From: Paraspadella gotoi
Lineage: Eukaryota; Animalia; Chaetognatha
NCBI GenBank assembly: GCA_051294375.1
Contig: CM119266.1
Span: forward strand, 10,379,677 to 10,443,676
Direction of reading: 5' to 3'
Length of the DNA: 64,000 bases
This document shows positions 1-12,100 of the stretch, in pieces. The notes below the pieces were generated by a model. It was not told the DNA's origin. It was given only the letters and a program-made list of their open reading frames with translations, and searched no databases. The position numbers and the translations under genes are program-made. Each line of letters begins with the position of its first letter. Position 1 is the stretch's first letter.

Positions 1-3000
1 AAGTGGTGCTCCAATTGAGCCATTGTGCCCACAGAATAATCACAAAATTTACAGACGAACTTTTGTTGACTTCCGTGCATCTCCAGGTGACGTTGGTAAT
101 GAAGATGACTTTCGGTGCTGTAAGGACATCGGATGCAAAAAAATTGCGGAACGTGGCGTTCGGGAGATGCGGAGCCGAAACCGGGATCCGTCGATAGACG
201 CGATTCGTCCAAAGACGAATCGTCAGAGTTGCAGCTTTCCTCAGGAAAAACCGCTCGTTGGGACGTGGAGCCAGCGTCGAATTTACTGGGAAGATTGTCG
301 CGACCCACGATCGACGGGTCCGCGTCTTCGTAAATGTTCGACTTTTCCATGTGAACCTTCAAGTGATGCGACAATAAACCTTTGTTGCCCACGGTGTAGT
401 CGCAGTAGGGGCACTGAATAAGATCTTTACCATCCAAACCAGAGTGACGTCCGTGCATCTTTTCGTGCAGCTGTAAATTGACCTTTCTAACGTTCGTGTA
501 GGGACAATAGCGGCATCGATGTAACTTTCTGAATCCCCCGTCTTTGGTGAGATGACCGCTCTTGTTGACGACGTACCCACCGGAAACAACCCCGATCGAA
601 TGACGAAGAGGATTGCCAATTTCGGCGTTCCAATGACGCTGCAGGCTTTGTAGAGAAGCTTCATTTTCCGAAGTTTCTTCGGAATCCTCGGCGGGCGTCT
701 CGATCATCACGTTCGATCGTTCGACCGAGTCCCCCGGCATTTCCGGAATCGTTGGCATCGAAGCCGCGCGGTGATGACCGGAACCAGAGGCTGAACGGAA
801 GTGGTCGACGTTGTTCAGTTCGTGCGCTTCCTCAAGACTTAATTCAATCACCGCCGCGTCCGGAATTTCCGCGTGATTAGATCGAATGTGTTTGGTGATG
901 TCCCACTTCCAGTTGGAACGTTTGCGACAAACGCTACACATGAAAGGCCTGAGAAAAAATTAGAAAAAGGTAGGATAATTTAATTAAGTAGTTTTTATCA
1001 TAAATACTACTAATAAATTGACTTTCAAAAAACTTCTTTCGTTATATATGTTATTTATAATAAATTATAGAAATAACTGACTGGTACTGGTAATTTCACC
1101 TTAGATTAGAATCAACTATTTGCTGTCGTTGAATCTTTGAGGGCGGCAAATGTGCTGGCCTTAAACCAGACGTTTCTCCGTCGACGACAGGGGGATCGCC
1201 GCGAATTCCGTCCTGAACTTTGATTGGATTGCCAGATTCGACATCTCGATCCAAGCGAAAGGCTGGACTCAGATCCAACAGGCTAGCGAACATTGCTTGC
1301 TCTTTGCTCACACCGGGTGGTAGTTTATCACTAGAACCTTCAGACAAATGCTTGGATGAATACGGACCAAATATGCCTGTTATTTCATGTACCCTAATGT
1401 GCTGGGTAAGCTTCCCACGATGATTCACCCAATAATTACAATGTGGACATTTTAAGGGACTGTTGATGCTGTAACTGTGAAACTGCTGATGGTAAATAGA
1501 GTCTTTACAACTGTTTGTTGAATAGGGGCACTGCTCGCAATAATATTTTTTCAGCACATCATTAGCTACGTGGCTTTCATTGGCGTTGGAAGTGGAGGGA
1601 AGAGTGATAACAGGGCGCTGATTTCTTTGCCGTAAATATTCATTGAGTGTTGACTTAGCTTCTTCAGTCGACAATTCTATGACAGTAACGTTTGACACCT
1701 GAGGGTGTTTTTCTCTTATGTGTTTCATGATATCCCATTTCCAGTTTGACCGTTTTAAGCACGAACTGCACATAAAAGGACGGCTTCTTTCTACGTCGCC
1801 ACTGATTGGATGACCAGATGCCGTCAGAGGACGGGGTGGTTTACCCCCTTTGGAACCAACTTTGGAAGTAGTGGGCGTAAAAGAGTGTGATGGAGAGGTT
1901 GACTGTGGAATCACCCCAACGGGAAGCGTGGGAGTTCTTTGGAAAGGGACCATTGTGGGAAGACCCTCTCGAGTCTCTACCGCTATGATCGAGTCTTTTC
2001 GAGTGAAGGGAATAAGCAGTTGCTGCAAATCTTGTTCATTAAATCGACCGTAACTCTGAGACTTGGGCTGTGGTTTATTAACGCAAGACGATCCATTTTT
2101 GTTGGGTTTGAAATGACTAGGCGGTGGCAGCCCCGTATGCAAACGAGTGTGTTGTTTCAAAAGACGCTTTGCGCACACCCAATAGTCACAGAGTGTGCAT
2201 TTATAAGGATTTCCTTCTGATGGTGTGTGGTGCTGATTGTGCAAATCTAATAGAGCTATCTTCGAAGTCTTATAAGGACATATCGCGCACATGTGTTTTT
2301 TCGGGGGAGAAATCCTTGATGGCGTTCCAGGCATAGGCGGATCATCACTAATAGAATTTTCTAATGGATCTTGCGAAAGGTCCAAAGATATATCCGCCTC
2401 TTCGTCACTCGAACAATCGTTACCCACATTACTTTGGCCATATTCATCAATGAACAATTCATTCTCCGTACTCTCTCTTTTCGTCACCAGATTCAAGGCA
2501 GATTCCTGCTCCTTGTTAACCTCACAGGGAGTCATGAATATTTTTTCGTCGGATGTTAACGATTCAGATTTTAATGGCGACGACATCGGCGGCGTAATAT
2601 TATTCGGTAATGAAATTTCTGGACGCGGCGGAGTTTTTAAGACGGCAGACTCCGCATCAGCGGACGCAGAACTGACCGGGCTCAAGGGTCCATTTTCTGA
2701 CCTTCGGTATATTATTTCACTTTTCGGTTCAAAAGTGAAACTTCGACGATGACGCTCGTCTTTCTCGTATTTGATTTTATCACTTTGCGGTGAAACGTCG
2801 TCACAATCTAAGTTCTTTTTCACCACTTTATAAGCAATCTTAGATCCGGGATGACAAATCTCGATGTGATTGATCATATCTCCTCTCATGGAAGTCGTCG
2901 CCTCGCAAAGGCAGCACCTGAAAACGCATTCATTACGCGAGGACTGATCTTCGGAGAGCGGATTACAAGCGGCTACAATAGATTCTTTTCCATCCTCGGC

Positions 3001-6000
3001 ATCTATCGTCAATTCCTCCTCGGTATCCGGCAAAGACGGAGCCTCCTTCGATGATGAGTCGCCTGAGGCATGACGTAAAAATCCCGCATCGGGCTTGGCA
3101 GTCCACTGGGGGAACAAGGGAGTGCCTAAGGTTGAAGCAAAATGTGTTGCCGCGGCCACAAAATTCTCGCTTGAAAACGGCAATTGCATCCCCGTGATTT
3201 CGCCGGCTTTCGAAACAAAAGACTGCGGTATCACTTTGGTAGACTTATGGTCAACTTTATTGCGTTGGGCGACCAGGTTTTTGGCCCGCAATCTGGGATC
3301 CATTTCCATCACTGGCAGCTGGTTCCGCGACTCCAAATAAGACGTCAGAGTCGCTTGCGCCTCTTCCAATGCCATGACGATAATCTTTGCATTGCCTTGA
3401 TGAGCTTGGCCGATATGCTTGCGTAAATCCCATTTCCTAAAGATTTTTAAAATTAAAAAATTACCGTTTGTTCCTTTAAATATTGAATCAAGCATTTCTT
3501 ATTACCAATTAGATCTTTTCCCGCATTCTTTATGAATCATTGGAACCAAATCCAGTAAACGACGCCAGCGAAAAATGGAAGTGAAAATAGAAATAAAAAT
3601 TTAATAATTTTACAAAGAAAAATAAACTGATCATCTTAAACATACCCGAACACTTAAATGGTCTCATATAATTGTGTTTTTTCGGGACTCCAGCAGATAA
3701 GGACTGCGGTTTAACAGCATTTTGAATTCCTTCTAAAGCAGCAGATATGAGTGAAGATTTTTCCTTGGAAAAATCTTCAGGAATCGCCACTGGTTCTTCA
3801 TTTTGTGGCAGAGAAGAAACAGCGTCGGAATCACAACAGTCTGCCGAATTGCCAAAAAATTGTTCGCCAGAGCGCCGCTGGTGATGATGATGATGAGAGC
3901 TTCCCTCTTGATTACAGAGTTCTAGGTAATTTTGGATAGTGCTCTCCGCCTCCTCTGGAGGCATTTCCAACACCTGCGCTTCCGCGCACTTCGATGACGA
4001 CCTAAAAACAAAAAAATTATTAAAAGATGATTATGCGTATCATATACTGGAAAGAGAATACAAATTACAAAAAGGTTATCTTTGTTGTAAGGTAAAACGA
4101 ATAACATTAACCTTCTCCTCGAAAGTATTTAAAGGCGTTTAAAGGAAACATTTATGCTGTATCACGGCAACTAAATCAAACAAAAACAGATAGTGATGTG
4201 AAAAGCAGAGAAAATTAAAACGAGCGGAAATGAAAAAAGAAAGCACACACAATACAAGACACAGAAAGACCTACTTAGAGCAGCACAGAAAAAGTATCCG
4301 ACTTAACATCCTCGTTAAGCACCCTCTGAAATGAGGCTTCGTAAAAAGAAAATTATACATATTATGATTTAACTTTAATTCAAAAGCATTAAAATTTAAA
4401 TTTATTTTACCTAATATGTTTATTTATGTCCCATTTCCAGTTCGCACGTTTCCCACAGCCAGTACCTAGTTAAAGAAAACCACAAATTCAGTCTATGAGG
4501 TAAAGTTTCAAAATAATATAATTATTCTTAATAAAGCAATTAGTCGGAAATGGCATCAAATATGAGAAATTCTAAATCATTTATTAAACAAACATAGGAA
4601 CTCACATTTATATGGCTTTGTGTTTGCATGAACAATTTGATGAGCCCGCAATTTCGATGGCGCTGGAGCCTGACAAAGAAAACAACCCGTTTAACCTTAA
4701 GCCCAAATAGTACTTTTAGTATGAAAAACATAATTAAACATTAAGAACTTGGCTATTTTCTATTCTTAAACAAATAGTAATAAAATAATTATTAACACCA
4801 CATTAAAACTTGAAAACTATATCAAAATAATAGTCTTCATCACTTCAAAGTTAATTCTACTTCTCCTCTATTAACGAGAACTAAAACTAACGATGATCGA
4901 ATCATTGATCTTTGATCGACTTACAACGAAATCGCAATGCGGGCACTTTGTTCCGTGTTCCAAGTTCATCTTCGACGTTTTGTTCTCGGAGTCGGAAATG
5001 TCCGCTGCTGCTGCTGCTGCTGCTGCTTCTTCTCCTCCTCCTCCCCCAAGAGGACAGCCATCTGTCTCCGTTGCCAAGGAAACGCTCTCGTCGACATCCT
5101 CTTCTGGGACCTGGGGATTCTCCTCCGAGTTTGAGGTCACTTGCATGAGCGGATTTTCGTCTTGCGGCGATCCCACGTCCACCTCCTCCTCCGCATCCGA
5201 TGGGTCCTCATTTCCGGCGTCGGATCCGGCGAAAACTGCCGGTTCCACCCCCGGAACCGGCGAGAGGGTAATTGTCCTACGTCGCAGCGCGAACTGGGCG
5301 GCGTAGCGGCGCAACTCGTTCCTCTTCTTCCGCCGACGTCGCTCCTTCTCAAAACTGAGTCTTTCCAAAGCCTCGGAATCCTCGCTCTCTGCTTCGCCGC
5401 GCTGCTTGGGCGCCGACGCCGCGGGGGCGAGGCCTTCTCGCTCGATTCGCCTCTGAATGGCCTGGTTAAGGGCGGCCTCGGCGTCTTCGGGATCCTCCTC
5501 AACCTTGTCCACTCGATCGGAGGAGGCAAAGTGGATGACCTTGCGGTTCTTGGCAGGGTGATACTTGTCCAGATGGCGCGTCATGTCCCCGCGCCAGGAG
5601 GATCGGTAATCGCAGTAGCCGCAGCCGTAGGGTTTGGTTTTCGTGTGGATGCGCTCGTGTCGTTGGATCTCGCTCTTCCATTTGCCCACGTAAGGACATA
5701 GTTTGCAGGGATAGATTCCCTTCTTGTTTTCCGCGTCGCGAATGGCGTTAGGGGCGCTAATGTTGTGGGCCCTTCTGAGGTGAACGTTCAGATCGCCCTT
5801 CCATTTGTAGGTTTTGCAACACAACGTGCAACTAAAGCGGCGGTTGTAATAATTGTCTTTGGATTGCGAAGAGTCTCCGAAACCCGGCTTGATCTGCGGC
5901 GACGAGGAATCTCGCGATTCCGCTTTGAAGGCTCCGTCGGTTTCGGAGGCCGGAGTCTCGACGACGACGCCGGTGCTGGCGTGTATAACCACCGAAGGTT

Positions 6001-9000
6001 GGATCTTCCTCAGATACGGAGCCAAATAATTGTGGTTTTCCTCTCGCCATCTCCTCTTCCTCCAATCTCCCAGATTGAAGCCGTGTTTCTGTTTGAGATG
6101 GCGATTCAAGTCGGCGGCTCTTTTGTAGCTGGAAAGGCACTTGGTGCATTGATAAAGCGTTGCACCCTCATGATTGGCAATTATGTGGCTTTGAAGGTCA
6201 GGAATCGAAGCTGCGAGAGCGTTGCAAAAGTCGCACTTCAATTGCTTGTTGGGGTTGACCTTGAGAACTGTGGTGTCGCGGCTGCTCTCGGAAGAAAATC
6301 GAGCTTCCATTTCGCCGCTAGAATTTTCCTCATCCACGTCAGCCTTGAAACCATCATCCTTGCAGCCGGCGCTGCCGTCGATAACACCGATGCCTAGGGG
6401 TGTTTGCCACCCGTGTCGTTTAGCAGCGTGGGCATAGAGGCAAGATTCTTTGTTGGTGGGAAAGCCACAGAATTGGCAGTGAAAACGACACGAATCTTGA
6501 TGTCTTTTCTCGTGGGCTTCGAGCTTTGAATGAATAAACGTTGCATAAACGCAATGTGAGCATTTTAATGCTTTTAATGGTTTATGATTTGATTTGTGGT
6601 TGAAAAATTCGATACTTTTTGGTGTAGAATATTGACAGATATGACAACGATACAATTGGTTCGATTTGTGGGCCGAGCGAGCGTGCAAACCAAGTAAACG
6701 CTTGCTAAGAGCTCTGTAAAAACACTTGCCGCATTTAAACTTGCCTCGTCGTCGTTTAAAAGGAAACAAGAAATTGGGATTTGTAATACTTTCAATTTGA
6801 GGCGAAGATGAAACAGAAAGGCTCTCGTGAATCTTGTTGAAATTTTTTAATAATACTTCTGACGAACTTGTCATGAAAGAATAACCGCCTCCTTTTTCGG
6901 GAGCATCCATTTCAGGCTTGAGATGTAACGCCGATCTTGGATACTTGGGAACATTCAGACCATGAACCATCTTTTTGTGTCGATGCAACTTGTTTCGATA
7001 TCGCGTAGCGTATTCACAGCGGTCACAGGGGTAAACGTGAAATTTGGCCGAATGCTCGTTTATTTGATGGTAAAGAAAAAGACGAGACTTGGTCGTGCTG
7101 TATTTGCATACTTTACAGGTGTAGGTTCTGGAAAAGGCTGCGGGAGCAATTTGTCCACTTTTGACCGGAACACCGAAAGACGAAAAATGATCGTCTTCAT
7201 CGTCGATATCGTAGACTTCGTCCTGCTGCCGCCGAACCTCACAATCATTAGCTGGCTGCTGCTGCGGCACTTCAGCTTGACAGGAATATCCAGATAAGTT
7301 TCCTTTACCGAGACTGGGAGAAGCATGGCAGTTGTTTTCATGGCTCAACCATAGTGGCTCGATCTCCGTTTGAAAGTCACACTTGTGGCAAGAATAGGTC
7401 GGCGGGGACACTCCTAAAAATAAAACATAGGATGTAATTTAAATTAATAAATTAGAAAAAAAAAGTTTTAATGATTTTTTACAACGAATCTGTTTTTATT
7501 AAAAAACCGACATGTTTCGGCTTTTGAATTCGTTGTAAAAAATCATTAAAACTTTTTTCCGACTATCAAACTAACAACGAAAAAGAAAGGTTAATACATC
7601 AATTAATAAATTATAAATTAAATTAAACTCACCCGAAGATTGAACCACCGCATTCGACTTCTTATCACGATGTAAGGATTCGTGCCTTCGTAAACTTTCA
7701 ATGTGAACGGTGGAAAATTCACAGTGGGAGCAGGAATATTTCTGCAAAGATGTTTGAAACTATTGCTCTCATTTGGTTCATCGTTTATGATATGAAAATT
7801 TTCAATTTAAATTTCTGAATAAATTAAAGTATGCATGTAAAATTCAAATATGCAAAATCATCACCTGAGCATTTTCATCGTGGACAGTCTGAATATGTCT
7901 CCTCACGTTGTCTCGATAATAGGAAACAAATTTGCAATGCGGACAAGGAAATCTTTCGGACTTTTTGTGAACGGCGGCGACATGTCTCTTAAGATTGTTG
8001 CTCGAATTACTAAAGGGTGGAATAGAAAAACAGAACAAACATTGAAAGGCGGATCAATTTGAGAAAGAAGGAATAGAATAATCGCCAACCCTCCACGAAT
8101 AAAAATAATTAATGAAATAGGAGAAAAATTCTAACAAGGATTAGTAAAAAAGACGTATGGAAAAAAGGCAAACAAGGAAAAAGAAAAAAAATGTCTCCAC
8201 ATTTTACAGAATTAAAAAACCCTAAGAATTAAGCCTACAAATTAGAGTACAAGTCATCATTATATTTTAAATAAAACGAATAATACGAAAACTAATTCGA
8301 TGATAAATCGAATTAATCTCTCACCTCTGATAACCACATTCGGAACAGAAATACAAGGTCCTTCCCTCGACCGTCTCCGTCTTAAAGTCGTTGACGTCCT
8401 CGTCGGAGCCGAGAGTTTCCTTTTCCCGCGACCCCCTCCCTTCCTCGCCGCCAATCTCCGACCCCGTCGTCCCTCCTCCCTCTCCTCGGTCCCCGGATTC
8501 CGTCTTTGGCCCATCCGGGTCTCTCCCTTTCCCCTCCGCTTCGACTTCGGAGCCGAAATCGATCTGGAGCTCCACGTCCGAATCTTCCAAAGCATCGGCG
8601 ACTGGAAAAATAAAAGGGGGAAGGAAGAGAAGGGAGAAATAAGGAGAGAGTCACGGTGATGGCAAAGGTTTTTTTTTTTTTTTTTTGGCTCAACGAGCGA
8701 AAAACTTTTATTGCTTCTTCCACTAACTCTAGTTTTCATTTTTTCTTTCGATCTCTTTATCCCTCCGCGGGACTTTTTTTTTAAAAGTTTGATCGACCTT
8801 GGGGGATTTTATTTTGCAGGTGGGTTCGGCAAATTCGATAACTCAAGATAAGGTGGGTTTTCGATTTGGGATCAGAATTTGAAATTTGTCGAGAAGAGAC
8901 TGGGGAGGAAATGAGCAATCAAATTACTGGTACATCTCAAGAGAAACGGAGCGTTCTGGTCCCAATGACAACCCCGATAATAAAACCATTTTACTAAAGC

Positions 9001-9193
9001 CTTGATAACCAAGTTTAAATGACAAGGAAATCGTTTCGTGAACATTAAACAAAACTAGGTCCAACAAAACTGGATTAACAATCCAACATCAAAATGTTTG
9101 TGTAAGCTTACCGAATTCGGCGTAGCTCTTGCGCGCGATTCGCTGCCTTATCGGCCTGTCCCTAGAAGAAATTTCCAAAGACGAGTCCGACAT
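1..9193 (-). CDS. Very large multi-C2H2 zinc-finger protein (REST/ZNF142-like scattered fingers), 3'-partial. Exons: 9112-9193, 8325-8601, 7865-8009, 7633-7741, 4925-7413, 4606-4669, 4411-4465, 3646-4001, 3506-3527, 1100-3436, <1-948
   Basis: All introns are GT-AG with consistent phases. Splicing completes fingers that are broken in the ORF track: CSECGYQ|SNSSNNLKRHVAAVH, CPHCDFV|APAPSKLRAHQIVH, CS|ECGKRSNW|KWDLRKH. It contains the 846-aa and 799-aa ORFs. Proposed start MSDSSLEISSRDRPIRQRIARKSYAEF. The frame is still open at position 1 (CKFCDYSVGTMAQLEHH). Confidence 0.9.
7455..7560. mobile_element. Truncated Penelope-like element end (3' half of a hammerhead motif) inside a ~30-bp inverted repeat, intronic
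   Basis: Arms aaaaagttttaatgattttttacaacgaat / attcgttgtaaaaaatcattaaaacttttt. The spacer reads on minus GCCGAAACATGTCGG...AATAAAA and resembles 23545-23590. Confidence 0.55.
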
Positions 9194-12100
9194 TTCGGCA
9201 GCCGCAGACTTTCTTCGTCGTCTTTTTGGTCGTCACCGCGAAGTTGGAAAAGAAGAAAAAAAAAGTTTTGAAATTCGTCGGTGCGGAAATTGAAATTCTT
9301 CAAAAGTTGGTCCGAGTGTAAACGTCGATCATCATCGTCGTCGATTTCGTCGTCCTCTCTTTCTAGACGAGGAGAGAAACCGATTGGATCCCTCGACTAG
9401 AAATTGTGTTGGCCCCGAAAAAAAAAGGCCGGCGACGAGAGAAGGAAAAGTTAGCGGGGATCGAAGGCGAGAGTCGGAATAAAAAGAGGCGTGAGGCGAC
9501 CTACGAGGAATCAATGAGGGAAAAGTCGATCACTGTGTGATGAATTGGAGGGTGGAGGGGGGGTGTTGTTATTAAAGGATGGGGAAACCTCCATTGCAGA
9601 ATTGGGGTACGGAGGCAAAAAAAAACGCCTCCTCTCCCACTAAAGAGAAATTTGAGAGGAGAGAGAAAAAAAGAGAGAGAGAGAGAGATGCTCGAGTGGG
9701 AAAAATATTTGTTAGCAAGACAAAAAACCGAGAATCGAGGACTGGAAGGCAACAGTTGGGTATTTCTGGTAATCCGAATCTGAAAAACCGCTGCATAATT
9801 TTTTTTAAATAAGATCAAAACGAAAAATGATTGCTGATATCACAACTTATTTTTGTTCCCATGATGTGATACGAGCCAAAAAGACATTGCCAGAGATCAA
9901 AGACCAGAAACGGAAAACGGCCTCAATCGAGATTAGCGGCGCTCCGCCGCTGCTGACTGCGATCAATGCTGCGTACTCGGTTCGGCTAAGCAGCGCGGGC
10001 CACGGGTCCTGCTGGGCCGGGGGAGGCCAACCCGACAATTCCTCTCACAAATTCCCATTTCTTCTTGCAGATGGCAAACGAGCAACAATTGGCTTCTCTC
10101 TCATTGCAGCGGAGAGTTCCTTTTGAGCCGGGCTGTTCCATCTGCGGGTACCCTCATTGCATGCCGAACGTGGGGATAGACATGCTGAACCACTTTCGGG
10201 ATCACGTGATGATTGGTCCTTGTCTTGCCTCAACCATTTTATCGGGTTCGTTGATCGATAAGAATTCTGTCATGACAGTTTTGCTAGAAAAAGTTCTCAA
10301 AATTTAACTTGCAATCGTACGAAGCTTGAGAAAAATCCGACCAAAATTAAATGCAATAAACTGATCAAGTTTGAAAATTGATAATGATAATTGCAATTAG
10401 GTTTGAAATTAAGGGAAATGGAAAGCCAACCGCCAAAAATAGGGGCCGTTTTAATTCAAACAAAGAAAAAAAAGAAACCACAATCTGTAAAAACAGACGA
10501 AAATTATGGCAAAAGTTATTGGTGGCTCGAAGATGAATGGCGAAAAAATGAGAGCCTTGCCGTCTTGCCCTAGTTGTTACCCTCTTTTCGAAAGCGGGAT
10601 CCGGCACTCCCCTCGCAAAAATTGACAGGCCTCGCTCCAAGCCAAAGCCCCGAAATGCGATGATAGAGAGAAACAACTGGATGGTATGACGGAGGAAGAG
10701 GAGAAAGGGGAACGATAATACTAATGGGATGAATGTGAGGAAGACGAAAGAGTCGGGGATGACGAGGGGGAAGCTGGATTTAATATTATCAGGCAAGGCT
10801 GTTCAAAAGCTGCTCTCTTTGAATATATGCCCAACGGATTCGCCATAAATCACTCGCGTCTTTCGCGGTGAAAAGTTAAACTTGATTCCTGGGTATCGCG
10901 ATACTTTTTTTTCTTGTGGTGATGAGTTTTTTCTTTCCTTTTTTTGCACACTAGTTCGAGGCTTCCTTCAATGTCGATCTTATTAAGTTCATTTTTTCTA
11001 CGCAGAGATCAAGTTTCAAGTCTGGGCAAATAGGAAGACTTCTCTAAAAGAATAATTTTTTTTTGGTTGTTGCTGCGCAGTATGAAAACGGCAATGGACT
11101 TCAAACATTTCGGTTTCCATGGCGTCAATTTATAAAATAGCGAACAGATGTGGAAGGTTATCAATTTTGTCTTGTCCCAGTCCCACGCAATATAAAATTC
11201 CGGTCTGAAGTTTAAAAGATGATCGCAAACGGGCGGAAACGACACGTATTTCAAAAGAAGCCTCAATATAACCATCCCAAATTATTCAAAGGATTGACCT
11301 CGTGTGCAGTATCTTCTCTATTTGATTTTCATCGCGGTCATACGAGAAACAAATTCCCTTATCTCCAGTTCATGTCCTACTCTTTCGAGGTTCGGCGATG
11401 TCCGATCAAGTCGTGTTTAGATAGGCCGGGGTCGAGACCGGCCACAATACATATTTATTGCATGCCATTCTGACCAAACAATTCGAGTGGAAAAGAAAAA
11501 TTCTAAACTAAGATTCTCAGCCAAGAGGGGACTAATCCAATGGTTTAATTTGATCTTTGCATGGGATTTTCAAGATATTAGGAGGTGTAAAAAGAAACCA
11601 TAGGCCTTTAGAAACACGAAATAAGTAACAGAGTTTAGCTTTCAATTCTAGCAAGGGATGGCCCGGATGGCCGCCTATCAAAATTCCGAGTTATTAAGTT
11701 ACGTCAAGAACCAGGCTCACCGAAAACGACCCATCATTCAATTCATCAACAACTGTCAAGCAAGCTTCCTTGCCGAGACCTTATGCCTCAAGAAACACAA
11801 AATGAGAAAGACAGGCGCAGAATTAACGGATAAAGTTGAGAAGAAACTCGAGCATTGAAATAATCGGGCAACTAATTACAAGATAGCAGCAAGAATTATT
11901 TGCATGAACTCATTAGGAGGTAGTCCGACTTGTAACGACATCCTAGTAGAGAATCGAGCCGTTCCCATCTCGGGGAACCAATCCTGTATTCCAAGTTGAA
12001 ATCGGTGGCGCAGAAAGAAGTTGTTCGACGAGAATGTTAATTCCTCTTTAGTCTGCAGAGTGTTAACTGAAACCAGACCAACCAGAAAGTCAAGTGGGCA

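Noticed and set aside
1220-7297. Plus-strand ORFs overlapping the large ZF gene (and similar ones over GEMIN5, ST6GAL and BTB-ZF)
   Set aside because: Antisense shadows of real coding exons.
11870-11920. NYKIAARII peptide resembling LINE reverse transcriptase 'DYKILAKIL'
   Set aside because: Isolated short match with no other RT motifs in frame.
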